Source: Candidatus Parcubacteria bacterium (GTDB taxonomy: Bacteria; Patescibacteriota; Patescibacteriia; Patescibacteriales; UBA12075). From it: DNA of 64,000 bases. The stretch lies in contig CAWFCE010000001.1 of assembly GCA_963814275.1 (NCBI GenBank), forward strand, positions 259,307 to 323,306, written 5' to 3'. Under the pieces are notes generated by a model. That model ran no database searches and had not been told where the DNA came from. It saw only the letters and a list, made by a program, of their open reading frames with translations. Below, piece after piece: positions 16,790 to 26,010 of this stretch. Each line of letters begins with the position of its first letter. Within the stretch, counting starts at the first letter, position 1. The position numbers and the translations under genes were made by a program.

Positions 16790-17280
16790 AAATTACGCTT
16801 CAAATCAAAAATCAAAATGCAAAATGACAATTCAATATGCAAAAATTTACTGTCATTGCGAGCGCCAGAAAATAGTTGTATAAAAGATGTATCTAGCCTT
16901 AAGGCCAGGATTATATTTTCACGCACACGGAGGCGCGAAGCAATCCCGTGCCACAATGCACAAAGCGTTGATTACGAAGCGGTTAAAAAAGTTGGTTCCT
17001 CGCGCCCCGGGATTGCTTCGCGACTTCACGTGTGTACAAATAACTGCTTATATCTTCATCCAAATATTATCCGTAGATAATAGTTTTTTCTGTCGCTCGC
17101 AATGACAGTATAAAAAAACGCCTCGGGATTGCTTCGTCGCTGCGGCTCCTCGCAATGACATAATAATTATTGATTTTGCATTTTACATTGTCATTTTGAT
17201 TTTTGATTTTTTCAATTTGATTTATTTTCAGTTTGACATTACCCAATCTTTTGCTATAATTTGAACTTAGTTCCATGCCT
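16790..17280. repeat. Whole-spacer nested palindrome (outer aatcaaaa/ttttgatt word arms plus inner gtcattgcgag/gaagcaatcc modules), locus 2
   Basis: Outer arms are 16801-16848 (aaatcaaaaatcaaaatgcaaaatgacaattc) and 17163-17262 (attgattttgcattttacattgtcattttgatttttgatt). Inside is an inverted pair of about 100-bp modules bounded by ctgtcattgcgagcg and cgcgaagcaatccc. Confidence 0.75.
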
Positions 17281-17320
17281 CTTTTTTAGTTTCTTAAATT
17301 AGCCTAAATATTTAAAAATT

Positions 17321-19543
17321 ATGAGTCAAAACACCTACTTAAACATTCTCAAATACGGCTGTTATGCCGCGTTGTTGGTGATCTTTTTCGTTTTTAAAAA
17401 TCTTCTGTTTCCATTCATCACTTCCAAGCAGATCTCCTTCAATATCCTGATCGAAGTGCTGTTCATCATCTGGCTGGCCTTCATCATCAAATACCCCGAA
17501 TACCGGCCCAAGAAGCACTATGTCTGGTTCGGCCTCTTGGGGTTCCTGGCGGCCATGGCGATATCCAGCTTTACCGGCGTTGATTTCAACTTGTCCTTCT
17601 GGGGCGATATCGAGCGGATGCTGGGCGTATTCCACATTCTCCATTTCCTGGCGTTCTATTTCATTATTATCACCGTAATGCGCGATTGGAAAGACTGGAA
17701 AATATTCCTGATCGTCTCGACCGTGTTTGCCGTGTTCGTGTCTCTGGACGCGCAGAGCACACCGACGGCGCGCTACGGCACGATCGGCAACACCGCCTAT
17801 GTGAGCGGCTATCTGCTTTTTAACATGTATTTTTCCCTTCTCTTGTTCTTCAAGGAAGATCATAAGGGGCTCAGGTGGCTGTATCTGATCCCGCTTCTTC
17901 TGATGTTTCCCGGTTTTGTCGCCGCCAAAACATCCGGCGCCTGGGTCGGACTGGGCGCAAGCGTGGTCGCGGTCTGCTTCCTGTACGGGATACTGCATAA
18001 GAACCGCAAGGTGAAGATCGCCACCCTGGCCGGATTCGTCATCATTACCTCGTTCATTGTCTATGTATTCATTCTGCAGCGGGATAATTTCCTGACCCGG
18101 CATAGCGCGTTCATCAACCGGACGGTCCAGGATATCAATATTAATAAGCGAACTTTCCAGACACGGCTCGTATCCTGGCGCGCGGCCCTGAAAGATTTCC
18201 CCCACCTTTGGCTGCTCGGCACCGGTTTCGGCAACTTCGCCATAACTTTTGATAAATATTTCGACCCTTCATTCTATAATTTCGCCCGCGGCGAAACTTA
18301 TTTCGACCGCGCCCACAACAACGTGATCGACATTGCCTCCACGACCGGCGCGCTCGGCCTGCTTATGTACCTGTCGATCTTTGGCGCTCTGGGCTATTAT
18401 CTCGTCAAAGGTTACCGGAACGGCCGGATATCGCTCCACGAATTCGTACTGGTAAGCGGGCTTATTACCGCCTATTTCGTCCAGAACCTGGCGGTGTTCG
18501 ATTCGCTCGTTACCTATATGGCGCTGATGATCACGCTCGGCTTCGTCTACTGGCTCACCGAACATGACGAGAATTTCGAGCGCCCCGCCGATCAGCCGCT
18601 GGTCAACAAGGAAATATATTCTTTCGCGATCGTCGGCGTAATCGTTCTCACTGTCATGTATCAATTTAATATAAAGCCGCTCAAGATGCTTATCGCTACG
18701 ATCGATGGCCAGCGGGCCTGGGCCCAGGGAGATGTTGCCGGTACATATGAGAACTATAGACGGGCGCTCGGTTACAATACCGTGCTGGACCGGGACAGCC
18801 GTACCAGCATGAACCGCCTGTTCGTCGGCAATCCCGCGAGCCTGAGCAAGCTCGACCGCGCCAAAGCCCAGGAGATCATCGACTTCAATATCCAGGAAGC
18901 CAAAGCGAATGTTGACTATAACCCCCGGGATAGCCTGAATGAGATGATGTATGCCCAGATGCTGGACTTGGCGGCGAATTTCAACCGTGACAACCAGGAC
19001 CGCTATTTCTTCTATTCCGACCAGGCGCTCGCGGCCATCGACGCCTCGATCGCGGCTACTCCCGGCCGGACGCCGGTCTATTTCCAGAAGGCCCAGATCC
19101 AGATCAACCGCGGCGACGAAGAAGGGGCGATCGGCACCCTTACATACGCGGCGTCCCTCAACCCCGAATACGAGCCGGCCTATTGCTACCTGGCGCGCAC
19201 CCTGCAGTACTACAAACGGGACGCTGAAGCCTGGCAGGCTATGGACCAATGCCTGACGATAAACAACGGCGCCGGGGCATCCGACCTGACTCCCGCCAGT
19301 TATATTAAGTCGGTCATTAACCACTATGTGGAAACGGAGGATTGGGACAAAGTATTGGTTCTCTACGAAGCGCTGGCCAATAATATCGAGCCGAAGAACG
19401 CCGACAATTGGATCAAACTAGCCAAACTATACGGCCAGCTGGGCGACAAGGAAAAGGCCCGGACCGCGGCCGAAAAAGTGATCGCACTCGATCCGACCAT
19501 GGGACAGTACGCGCAGGAGTTTATCGATTCGCTGGGGAATTGA
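17321..19543 (+). CDS. O-antigen ligase/Wzy_C-like polytopic membrane protein fused to C-terminal TPR repeats
   Basis: More than 10 TM helices. The Wzy_C-type loop is FDRAHNNVIDIASTTGALGLLMYL. The soluble C-terminal third has TPR-like repeats (AIGTLTYAASLNPEYEPAYCYLARTLQYY). Confidence 0.7.
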   Translation: MSQNTYLNILKYGCYAALLVIFFVFKNLLFPFITSKQISFNILIEVLFIIWLAFIIKYPEYRPKKHYVWFGLLGFLAAMAISSFTGVDFNLSFWGDIERMLGVFHILHFLAFYFIIITVMRDWKDWKIFLIVSTVFAVFVSLDAQSTPTARYGTIGNTAYVSGYLLFNMYFSLLLFFKEDHKGLRWLYLIPLLLMFPGFVAAKTSGAWVGLGASVVAVCFLYGILHKNRKVKIATLAGFVIITSFIVYVFILQRDNFLTRHSAFINRTVQDININKRTFQTRLVSWRAALKDFPHLWLLGTGFGNFAITFDKYFDPSFYNFARGETYFDRAHNNVIDIASTTGALGLLMYLSIFGALGYYLVKGYRNGRISLHEFVLVSGLITAYFVQNLAVFDSLVTYMALMITLGFVYWLTEHDENFERPADQPLVNKEIYSFAIVGVIVLTVMYQFNIKPLKMLIATIDGQRAWAQGDVAGTYENYRRALGYNTVLDRDSRTSMNRLFVGNPASLSKLDRAKAQEIIDFNIQEAKANVDYNPRDSLNEMMYAQMLDLAANFNRDNQDRYFFYSDQALAAIDASIAATPGRTPVYFQKAQIQINRGDEEGAIGTLTYAASLNPEYEPAYCYLARTLQYYKRDAEAWQAMDQCLTINNGAGASDLTPASYIKSVINHYVETEDWDKVLVLYEALANNIEPKNADNWIKLAKLYGQLGDKEKARTAAEKVIALDPTMGQYAQEFIDSLGN

Positions 19544-19602
19544 TTTTCGGAGAGCGGGGAGCGTTTTTTCGCAATTTATGATAGTTTCGCATTTTATATA
19601 TC

Positions 19603-19636
19603 AAAACTACCCCTGTAATTTAGGGGTAGTTTTTTG
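19603..19636 (+). terminator. Rho-independent terminator
   Basis: Hairpin ctacccctg-taatt-taggggtag followed by tttttt. Confidence 0.8.
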
Positions 19637-19790
19637 TTTTGGGGATTTTCTGCCATATCGAAACGGAGCTTCCTTTTTTTCTGTCATTTCGAAACAGAGC
19701 CGCAGTGGAGTGAGAAATCTATAATACGCGGTTTGCCCACAAAGCCTTCTAGTTGCGAATTTCACGTATTATAGATCTCTCCTCCCGCGG

Positions 19791-20140
19791 GTCGTCGAGA
19801 TGACAGAAGGAAGGAAAGGTCGTCGAGATGACAGAAGGAAGGAAAGGTTGTCGAGATGGCAGAGGGAAGGAAAGGTTGTCGAGATGGCAGAGGGAAGGAA
19901 AAGTTGTCGAGATGGCAGAGGGAAGGAAAGGTTGTCGAGATGGCAGAAGGAAGGAAGGGTCGTCGAGATGGCAGAAGGAAGGAAGGGTTGTCGAGATGAC
20001 AGAGGGAAGGAAGGGTCGTCGAGATGACAGAAGGAAGGAAGGGTTGTCGAGATGACAGAGGGAAGGAAGGGTCGTCGAGATGACAGAAGGAAGGAAGGGT
20101 TGTCGATATGACAGAAGGGAGAGAGGGTCGTAGAGACTAC
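19791..20140. repeat. 28-bp tandem repeat array, about 12.5 copies with no spacers
   Basis: The unit gt(c/t)gtcgagatg(a/g)cag(a/g)aggaaggaa(a/g)g repeats head to tail from 19791, ending in a truncated copy at 20127-20140. Confidence 0.95.
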
Positions 20141-20159
20141 AAACGGGTTTTGTATTAAA

Positions 20160-20307
20160 AATAAAAAAGGCCGTCCTGAATGTTCAGAAGCGGCCTTTAG
20201 CGTCCAGGTGGACGCAAAATTGTTAAAAAGAGCTGTTATACGGGCGCTGTACAGTAAGCGTAATTTCCATGAAGGGGCAGAACTTGTAGACTGTACAGCG
20301 CCACGAT
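20160..20307 (-). ncRNA. Candidate small RNA (unknown family)
   Basis: Minus-strand promoter: TTGACA (plus 20337-20342), 17-nt spacer, TAATGT (plus 20314-20319). Then a 13-bp stem ggcgctgtacagt/actgtacagcgcc, a second hairpin gcgtccacctggacgc, and a strong terminator ggccgcttctgaacattcaggacggcc followed by a T-run. Confidence 0.3.
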
Positions 20308-20475
20308 GATGTCACATTAACATAAGGGATGATTTTTGTCAAGAGGGGGGAAGTATTATAGATCAAATTATATTAATAAAATATTTAATATTAGATAAAA
20401 AAAGGCCATCAATATGGTGTAAATAGGAGAGCGTGGATTACGCTATAATAAACAATGCACGATTCCCGATTCTTG

Positions 20476-21630
20476 CTATTTATACAATTCCAAATACGCA
20501 TCTACTGATTTTTTCAGGCTGAAGTTCTTTGAAAACTGTTTGTTCTGTTCGCCCAGGTACATGCGTTCCATCTTGTTTTCGACCAGAATACGGAATTTTT
20601 CCAGGAATTCCTCTTTGTTGTCCAGGGCGTAGAGCTGGGCGGCGGAGTTATTGAGCACTTCCGGATTGCCGCCCACATTGGTGGCGAGCACCGGCAGGCC
20701 GGCTATGGCCGCTTCGATCAGGGTGATCGGCAAACCCTCATAGCGGGAAGGCAGGACGAACATATCGAAAGCCTTAAGGAAGCGCGCGGAGTCGGGTATT
20801 GCGCCGGCCAGGAATACATGCTTCTCCAGTTTGTTTTTTTTGATCAGTTCTTCATATTCCCCCCTCTTTTCGCCTTCGCCGATTACTATCAGTACCGTAT
20901 TGCTTTTGATACGCAGGATATCCGGGAAAATATTGATCAGGAAATCCTGGTTTTTTTGGTAATCCAAACGGCTGACGGTGCCGATCACGAAGGAGTCGAG
21001 CCAGTTGACCCGGAGGCGCGGATTGGCCGCGGCGGCCAGGGCGGCCTGGGCTTCGTGCTGGGCCATGATGAGGAGGCGGTTTGCGTCAAGGCCGTTGTAT
21101 ATCACTTTCCCCGTTTTGACAAAGCCCTGGTTGACCAAGGCATCGCGATTATGGTTGCATACGAATACAATTTCATCTACCCGTTTAAAAAGAATCCGGA
21201 AATACCAATGGTAGCCGGATTTGAACCAGGAATCCAGAAGGTAATTATCGTCAAGAAGCGAGAGTCCGTGCACCGTAAAGATCGTTTTCGGACGGAGGGG
21301 GGAGAGGCGGCAGGCGAGGACGGCAACAAGCGCGTTGGAACTGTTGATATGGACGGTGCTAAAATGATTTTTTTTGAGAAAACGTTTGAATTCGAAGATG
21401 AACAAAAGGTGGCTAAAGGGATTATGGGAGCGTTTGAGCCAGCGCAGCCTATGATAGGGGATGTGTTCGAGGTCAAGCGCGGCCGGCAGATAATCGCCTT
21501 CGCCGAAGGCGACCGTGACATCGTAGCCCCTGGACTTCAATTCCCGCGCCAGATTCAATAAGAATACCGGGACACCGCCCAAGTCGCCCTTGGTTTCTAA
21601 TAGAAGGATTTTTGATGAATTTTTATCCAT
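20476..21630 (-). CDS. Glycosyltransferase family 4 (GT-B)
   Basis: C-terminal EGLPITLIEAAIAGLPVLATNVGGNPEVL (E-x7-E region) and N-terminal KILLLETKGDLGGVPVF. The start is placed at the internal ATG (MDKNSSK). Confidence 0.85.
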   Translation of the reverse strand: MDKNSSKILLLETKGDLGGVPVFLLNLARELKSRGYDVTVAFGEGDYLPAALDLEHIPYHRLRWLKRSHNPFSHLLFIFEFKRFLKKNHFSTVHINSSNALVAVLACRLSPLRPKTIFTVHGLSLLDDNYLLDSWFKSGYHWYFRILFKRVDEIVFVCNHNRDALVNQGFVKTGKVIYNGLDANRLLIMAQHEAQAALAAAANPRLRVNWLDSFVIGTVSRLDYQKNQDFLINIFPDILRIKSNTVLIVIGEGEKRGEYEELIKKNKLEKHVFLAGAIPDSARFLKAFDMFVLPSRYEGLPITLIEAAIAGLPVLATNVGGNPEVLNNSAAQLYALDNKEEFLEKFRILVENKMERMYLGEQNKQFSKNFSLKKSVDAYLELYK

Positions 21631-21919
21631 ATATTTATATATTAGCGTATTTCGGTGGTTTGAAGCAAGTAATTTGTATTCAGGCAACTGGAGTATTAAT
21701 GTTTGCCAGGGTTGAAATGATGTATTTTCCATATTGATTCATAACCATGTATATTTTTTTGTCAGTGAATACTAGCTGTCTATTTACTAGTTGTCTGGTT
21801 GTTCTTCATAGTTTGACTTTTAATCCCGATTATTAGATAATAAGTATTAGATTAAAGGTTTTCCCCTACTAAGTTAATTCGACTTAGTTTTTTAATTTTA
21901 GGCTAATTTTAAATATTTT

Positions 21920-22805
21920 ATGCCTATATCAAAAAAACCGTTAATAGGCTTTGTCGGCCAGGGCTGGATCGGTAAGCATTACGCGGACAATTTTGAAGAG
22001 CGTGGCTATAATGTCGTTCGTTATGCGCTCGAGCCGCCCTACCACGAGAATGGCGACCAGGTGAAGATATGCGACATCGTTTTTATCGCCGTACCCACTC
22101 CGTCCACGCCTGAAGGATTTGATGATTCCATTATCCGGATCGCGGTCAAAAGCGTGGGTCAGGGCAGGATCGCGGTCATCAAATCAACCTTGTTGCCCGG
22201 CAAGACCGAGGTTATCCAAAAGGATAATCCAGGGGTTATCGTGATGCATTCGCCGGAATTCCTGCGTGAATCGTCTGCCGCCCATGATGCGGCCAACCCG
22301 AATCGGAATATTATCGGAATTACGAAAATGTCCGATGAATCTGGAAGCGAAAGCGCAGACCGTCCTTGGCGTCCTGCCAAAAGCGCCGTATGAGCTTATT
22401 TGCACCGCCAAAGAGGCGGAACTGATCAAATACGGCGGCAACAATCTGCTCGCGATCAAGGTGCTCTATATGAATATGCTCTATGACCTGGCGGAAAAAC
22501 TCGGCTGTGATTGGCGGATACTCTCGGAGGCGATGGCGCACGATGAACGGCTCGGCAATTCCCATTGGCAGCCGGTGCATTCATCCAGCCCTGGTATGCC
22601 GGCGGGACGCGGCTTCGGCGGACATTGTTTCATCAAAGATTTCGCCGCCTTCCGGGAAATGTATGAAGATTTGGGTGACAAAGAGGGTCTCATGGTTCTG
22701 GACGCGATCACGAAGAGAAATATGAAATACTTGCTAGACAGTGGAAAAGACCTGGATATCCTTGAGGGGGTATACGGGAAAGATGTGAAAATAAAAAATT
22801 CCTAA
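21920..22805 (+). pseudogene. UDP-glucose/GDP-mannose 6-dehydrogenase family gene interrupted by a +1 frameshift
   Basis: The N-terminal part (GFVGQGWIGKHYA...SPEFLRESSAAHDAANPNRNIIGI) ends out of frame. The continuation (LEAKAQTVLG...AELIKYGGNNLLAIKV...GFGGHCFIKD) is in the next frame. One extra nucleotide lies at about 22340 (gat gaa T ctg gaa). Confidence 0.7.
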
Positions 22806-22830
22806 GATTTAAGTTCTAATTTCTAATATA

Positions 22831-23463
22831 ATGCCAAATACCGGAAATCCGAAAAATATAGAGATAGAATTGCGGGGGCCTTTATCCGAATCCAGATATG
22901 GCGAGCTGGCGGATTTCTTGGAAAATAACGGGGAGTTCATTAAGGATAAAAAAAGAGTTTTAATCGATTATTCGACTTTCATTAAGGGGCAGGAGCTCGA
23001 AGGCCGGACAAAAGACATACGGCTGAGGGCCACCAACGGTATCCCGGAAATAATCATCAAACTGGGCGAATGGAAAGGCAGTGACCAGCGCAAAGAATTG
23101 TCGATCAAGACCGAACCGGGAACCTTTGATACATTAGTCCAAATTTATGCCGCCCTGGGATACGGCAAGGGCATGCTCTGTGTCAGGGATATCAAAGTGT
23201 ACCGGTATCGGGATGCGGAATTCGCGCTTTGCCAGGTACCGGGGCATAGTTACTATTTCGAGGCCGAGAAATTGATCAACAATATGGATGAAAAAGACAA
23301 AATCAAACGAGAGCTCGAAACGATATGCGACGAGCTGGAACTCAAACGATTTACCGACGAGCAATATTTCGATTATATAAGGAAAGTGAACGATGAAGCG
23401 AACGAGATTTTTGACTATAATGGTTACGAAGAAAATTATTTCAAGAAACGTTTTAATATTTAA
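22831..23463 (+). CDS. CYTH-domain protein (triphosphate tunnel metalloenzyme-like)
   Basis: N-terminal IEIELRG (ExExK/R-like) and IRLRATNG..IIIKLGEW...RKELSIKTE resemble a CYTH fold. The similarity is weak. Confidence 0.45.
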   Translation: MPNTGNPKNIEIELRGPLSESRYGELADFLENNGEFIKDKKRVLIDYSTFIKGQELEGRTKDIRLRATNGIPEIIIKLGEWKGSDQRKELSIKTEPGTFDTLVQIYAALGYGKGMLCVRDIKVYRYRDAEFALCQVPGHSYYFEAEKLINNMDEKDKIKRELETICDELELKRFTDEQYFDYIRKVNDEANEIFDYNGYEENYFKKRFNI

Positions 23464-23477
23464 CTAATAGCAAAAAT

Positions 23478-24380
23478 ATGGCAAAATGCTTGGTTACGGG
23501 CGGGGCCGGCTTCATCGGCTCCAACCTGGTGGATAAATTGGTCGAACGCGGCGATGAGGTGATCATTATCGATAATCTCAGCACAGGTAAAAAAGAAAAT
23601 ATCAATGCCAAAGCGCGGTTCGAGCAGGCGGACATCAGGGAGCTTAAAACGATCCAGCCGTTATTTGCCGGCGTGGATTATGTATTCCACCTGGCTGCTT
23701 TCGCCCGCGTCCAGCCTTCCATAGAAGACCCGGTTACCGCCAATGATATCAATCTGAACGGGACCCTGAACGTCCTGACGGCGGCGCGCGACGCGAAAGT
23801 GAAAAAGCTGGTCTATAGCGCTTCGTCTTCAGCTTACGGAGACCAGAGGGAAATGCCTCTCCGGGAGGATATGCCGGCCCACCCCTTGAGCCCCTACGGC
23901 CTGCAAAAATACGTCGGCGAACTTTATTGCCGGCTATTTTCGGAAATATACGGCCTGCCTACCGTCAGCCTGCGCTATTTCAATGTATACGGCAGCCGGC
24001 AATTACTCGAGGGCGCCTATTGTCTGGTAATGGGAATATTTGTCCGGCAAAGGCTGAACAACGAAGCGATGACGATAACCAACGACGGCAAGCAACGCCG
24101 CGATTTCACGTCAGTGGTAGACGCGGTACGCGCCAATATCATGGCCGCGGAGAGCGGCAGTGTCGGCAAAGGCGAAGTCATCAATATCGGCCGGGGTAAA
24201 AATTACAGTGTTAATGAATTGGCCGAAATGATCGGCGGTCCGACCGAGTTTATCGGTTCGCGCATCGAGCCGTTCGAAACTTTGGCGGATAATTCCCTGG
24301 CCAATGAGCTTCTGGGCTGGGAGCCGACTATGGATTTGCCCGAATGGCTTGAGGGATATAAGAAAGAGATGGGGTTGTGA
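23478..24380 (+). CDS. NAD-dependent nucleotide-sugar epimerase/dehydratase (SDR family)
   Basis: VTGGAGFIGSNLV Rossmann motif, a catalytic SSS..YG region, and YxxxK (SPYGLQKYVGE). Confidence 0.9.
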   Translation: MAKCLVTGGAGFIGSNLVDKLVERGDEVIIIDNLSTGKKENINAKARFEQADIRELKTIQPLFAGVDYVFHLAAFARVQPSIEDPVTANDINLNGTLNVLTAARDAKVKKLVYSASSSAYGDQREMPLREDMPAHPLSPYGLQKYVGELYCRLFSEIYGLPTVSLRYFNVYGSRQLLEGAYCLVMGIFVRQRLNNEAMTITNDGKQRRDFTSVVDAVRANIMAAESGSVGKGEVINIGRGKNYSVNELAEMIGGPTEFIGSRIEPFETLADNSLANELLGWEPTMDLPEWLEGYKKEMGL

Positions 24381-24498
24381 TGTTTTTCGTAAGTCATAAA
24401 TCGGGGATCGTAAATCGGGGATCGGACAGGTTAGTATTAAGTATGTAGTATTAAGTATTAAGTATTTTGAATTTCGATTTTATATAATTCGTAAATAA

Positions 24499-25686
24499 AT
24501 GAGAATTTTGATATTTTCCACGGCTTATCTGCCGCATATCGGCGGGGCGGAGATCGCTATCAAGGAAATTACCGATCGTTTGCCGGAGTTTGAATTCGAT
24601 CTTGTTACGGCGCGTTTTAAACGGGAATGGCCGGCCGCGGAGAGAGTCGGAAATGTTACGGTCTATCGGGTCGGGATGGGCGGTCAGGCGGACAAATTCC
24701 TGTTGCCGGTTTTGGGAGTGGACAAGGCTTTGAGTCTCCACAAAAAGAGGAAATACGATCTGGTCTGGTCGATGATGGCCAGCCAGGCCGGGATAGCGGC
24801 CGGCTTATTCAAGATGGCGAAGAAGCGCGAAGCCAAATTGCTCCTGACCCTGCAGGAAGGGGATGAGGAAGAGCACTTGAGGCGCTATGTCGGCGGCAAC
24901 GAACTGTTGTACAAAATTCTGATCAGGCCATGGCATCTCCTGCCTTTCAGAAAGGCTGACCGGATCCAGGTGATCAGCGGGCATCTGGAGAAGCGGGCCC
25001 AAAACAATGAGGTGCGTTGTCCGATCGCAGTGATACCGAATGGCGTCGATTTCGATAAGTTCGACAAAATAAGCGATAAGTCGGTACAGGCCGCCGCCGG
25101 CCAATTGGGCAGGAATACGGACGATATCTGGCTCATAACGGTCTCGCGGCTTGAGAAAAAGAATGCCGTAAGCGATATTATCGCCGCTTTGCCGCTCTTG
25201 GATGGCAATGTCCGGCTGGCAGTGATCGGCGAAGGAAACGAAAGAAAAACCCTGGAAAAACTGGCCGGTGAAAAGGGCGTGGCCAATCGGGTGAGATTCA
25301 TGGGATCCGTACCCAACGACCAATTGCCGCCTTATCTCCGGGCAGCCGACATATTTATCCGCCCTTCGCTCTCCGAAGGCCAGGGTATCGCGTATCTCGA
25401 AGCGATGGCGGCCGGTATTCCGGTGATCGCGACGCCGGTCGGCGGCATCGTCGATTTCCTTTCTGATCCGGAACATGACCCGGACAAAGCGCCGACCGGC
25501 CTGTTTTGCCAGATTAAAGACCCGGCTTCGATCGCCAAAACGGTCAAGCAGTATCTGGATGATCGGGATTTGAGACAACGAATCGTGGAAAATGCCCGGA
25601 ATTTGGTGAAGGATAAATACGGATGGGATGGGATCGCAGAGAAGATGGAGGCTTTGTTTACGCAGATCGTAAAAAATGGCGCATAA
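24499..25686 (+). CDS. Glycosyltransferase family 4
   Basis: MRILIFSTAYLPHIGGAE at the N-terminus and SEGQGIAYLEAMAAGIPVIATPVGGIVDFL near the C-terminus. Confidence 0.9.
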   Translation: MRILIFSTAYLPHIGGAEIAIKEITDRLPEFEFDLVTARFKREWPAAERVGNVTVYRVGMGGQADKFLLPVLGVDKALSLHKKRKYDLVWSMMASQAGIAAGLFKMAKKREAKLLLTLQEGDEEEHLRRYVGGNELLYKILIRPWHLLPFRKADRIQVISGHLEKRAQNNEVRCPIAVIPNGVDFDKFDKISDKSVQAAAGQLGRNTDDIWLITVSRLEKKNAVSDIIAALPLLDGNVRLAVIGEGNERKTLEKLAGEKGVANRVRFMGSVPNDQLPPYLRAADIFIRPSLSEGQGIAYLEAMAAGIPVIATPVGGIVDFLSDPEHDPDKAPTGLFCQIKDPASIAKTVKQYLDDRDLRQRIVENARNLVKDKYGWDGIAEKMEALFTQIVKNGA

Positions 25687-25689
25687 TTA

Positions 25690-26000
25690 AAAATTGAAAA
25701 TAAATATTATCCAGAAAGCAAAAACAAAATGTCAAATTTTTTAATGTCATTGCGAGGAGCCGCCGCGACGAAGCAATCCCGGGGCGCGAGGGAATTACTT
25801 CGATATCAATATTTCCAAACCGGCGTCTTGTTATATGTGGCGCGGGATTGCTTCGCGCCGCCGCGTACGTGAAAATAACTATCCTAGCTTTAAAGCCAAA
25901 TATGTCTTTTAAGAAACCATTTTTCGGCGCTCGCAATGACAGTAATTTATTGCATTTTGAACTGTCGTTTTGATTTTTGTATTTTGATTTAAAGCGTTGC
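25690..26000. repeat. Nested palindrome (outer caaaa/ttttg word arms plus gtcattgcgag/gaagcaatcc modules), locus 3
   Basis: atgtcattgcgaggagccgccgcgacgaagcaatcccggggcgcga ... gggattgcttcgcgccgcc...cggcgctcgcaatgacagta. The interior about-100-bp module is homologous (about 75%) to the one at locus 2. Confidence 0.75.
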
Positions 26001-26010
26001 GTTTCGATCT

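Noticed and set aside
19791-20140. A 28-bp repeat array that superficially has CRISPR-like repeat length.
   Set aside because: The repeats are directly abutting with no spacers, units are degenerate in a patterned way, and no cas genes or leader are nearby. It is classified as a tandem (minisatellite-like) repeat.
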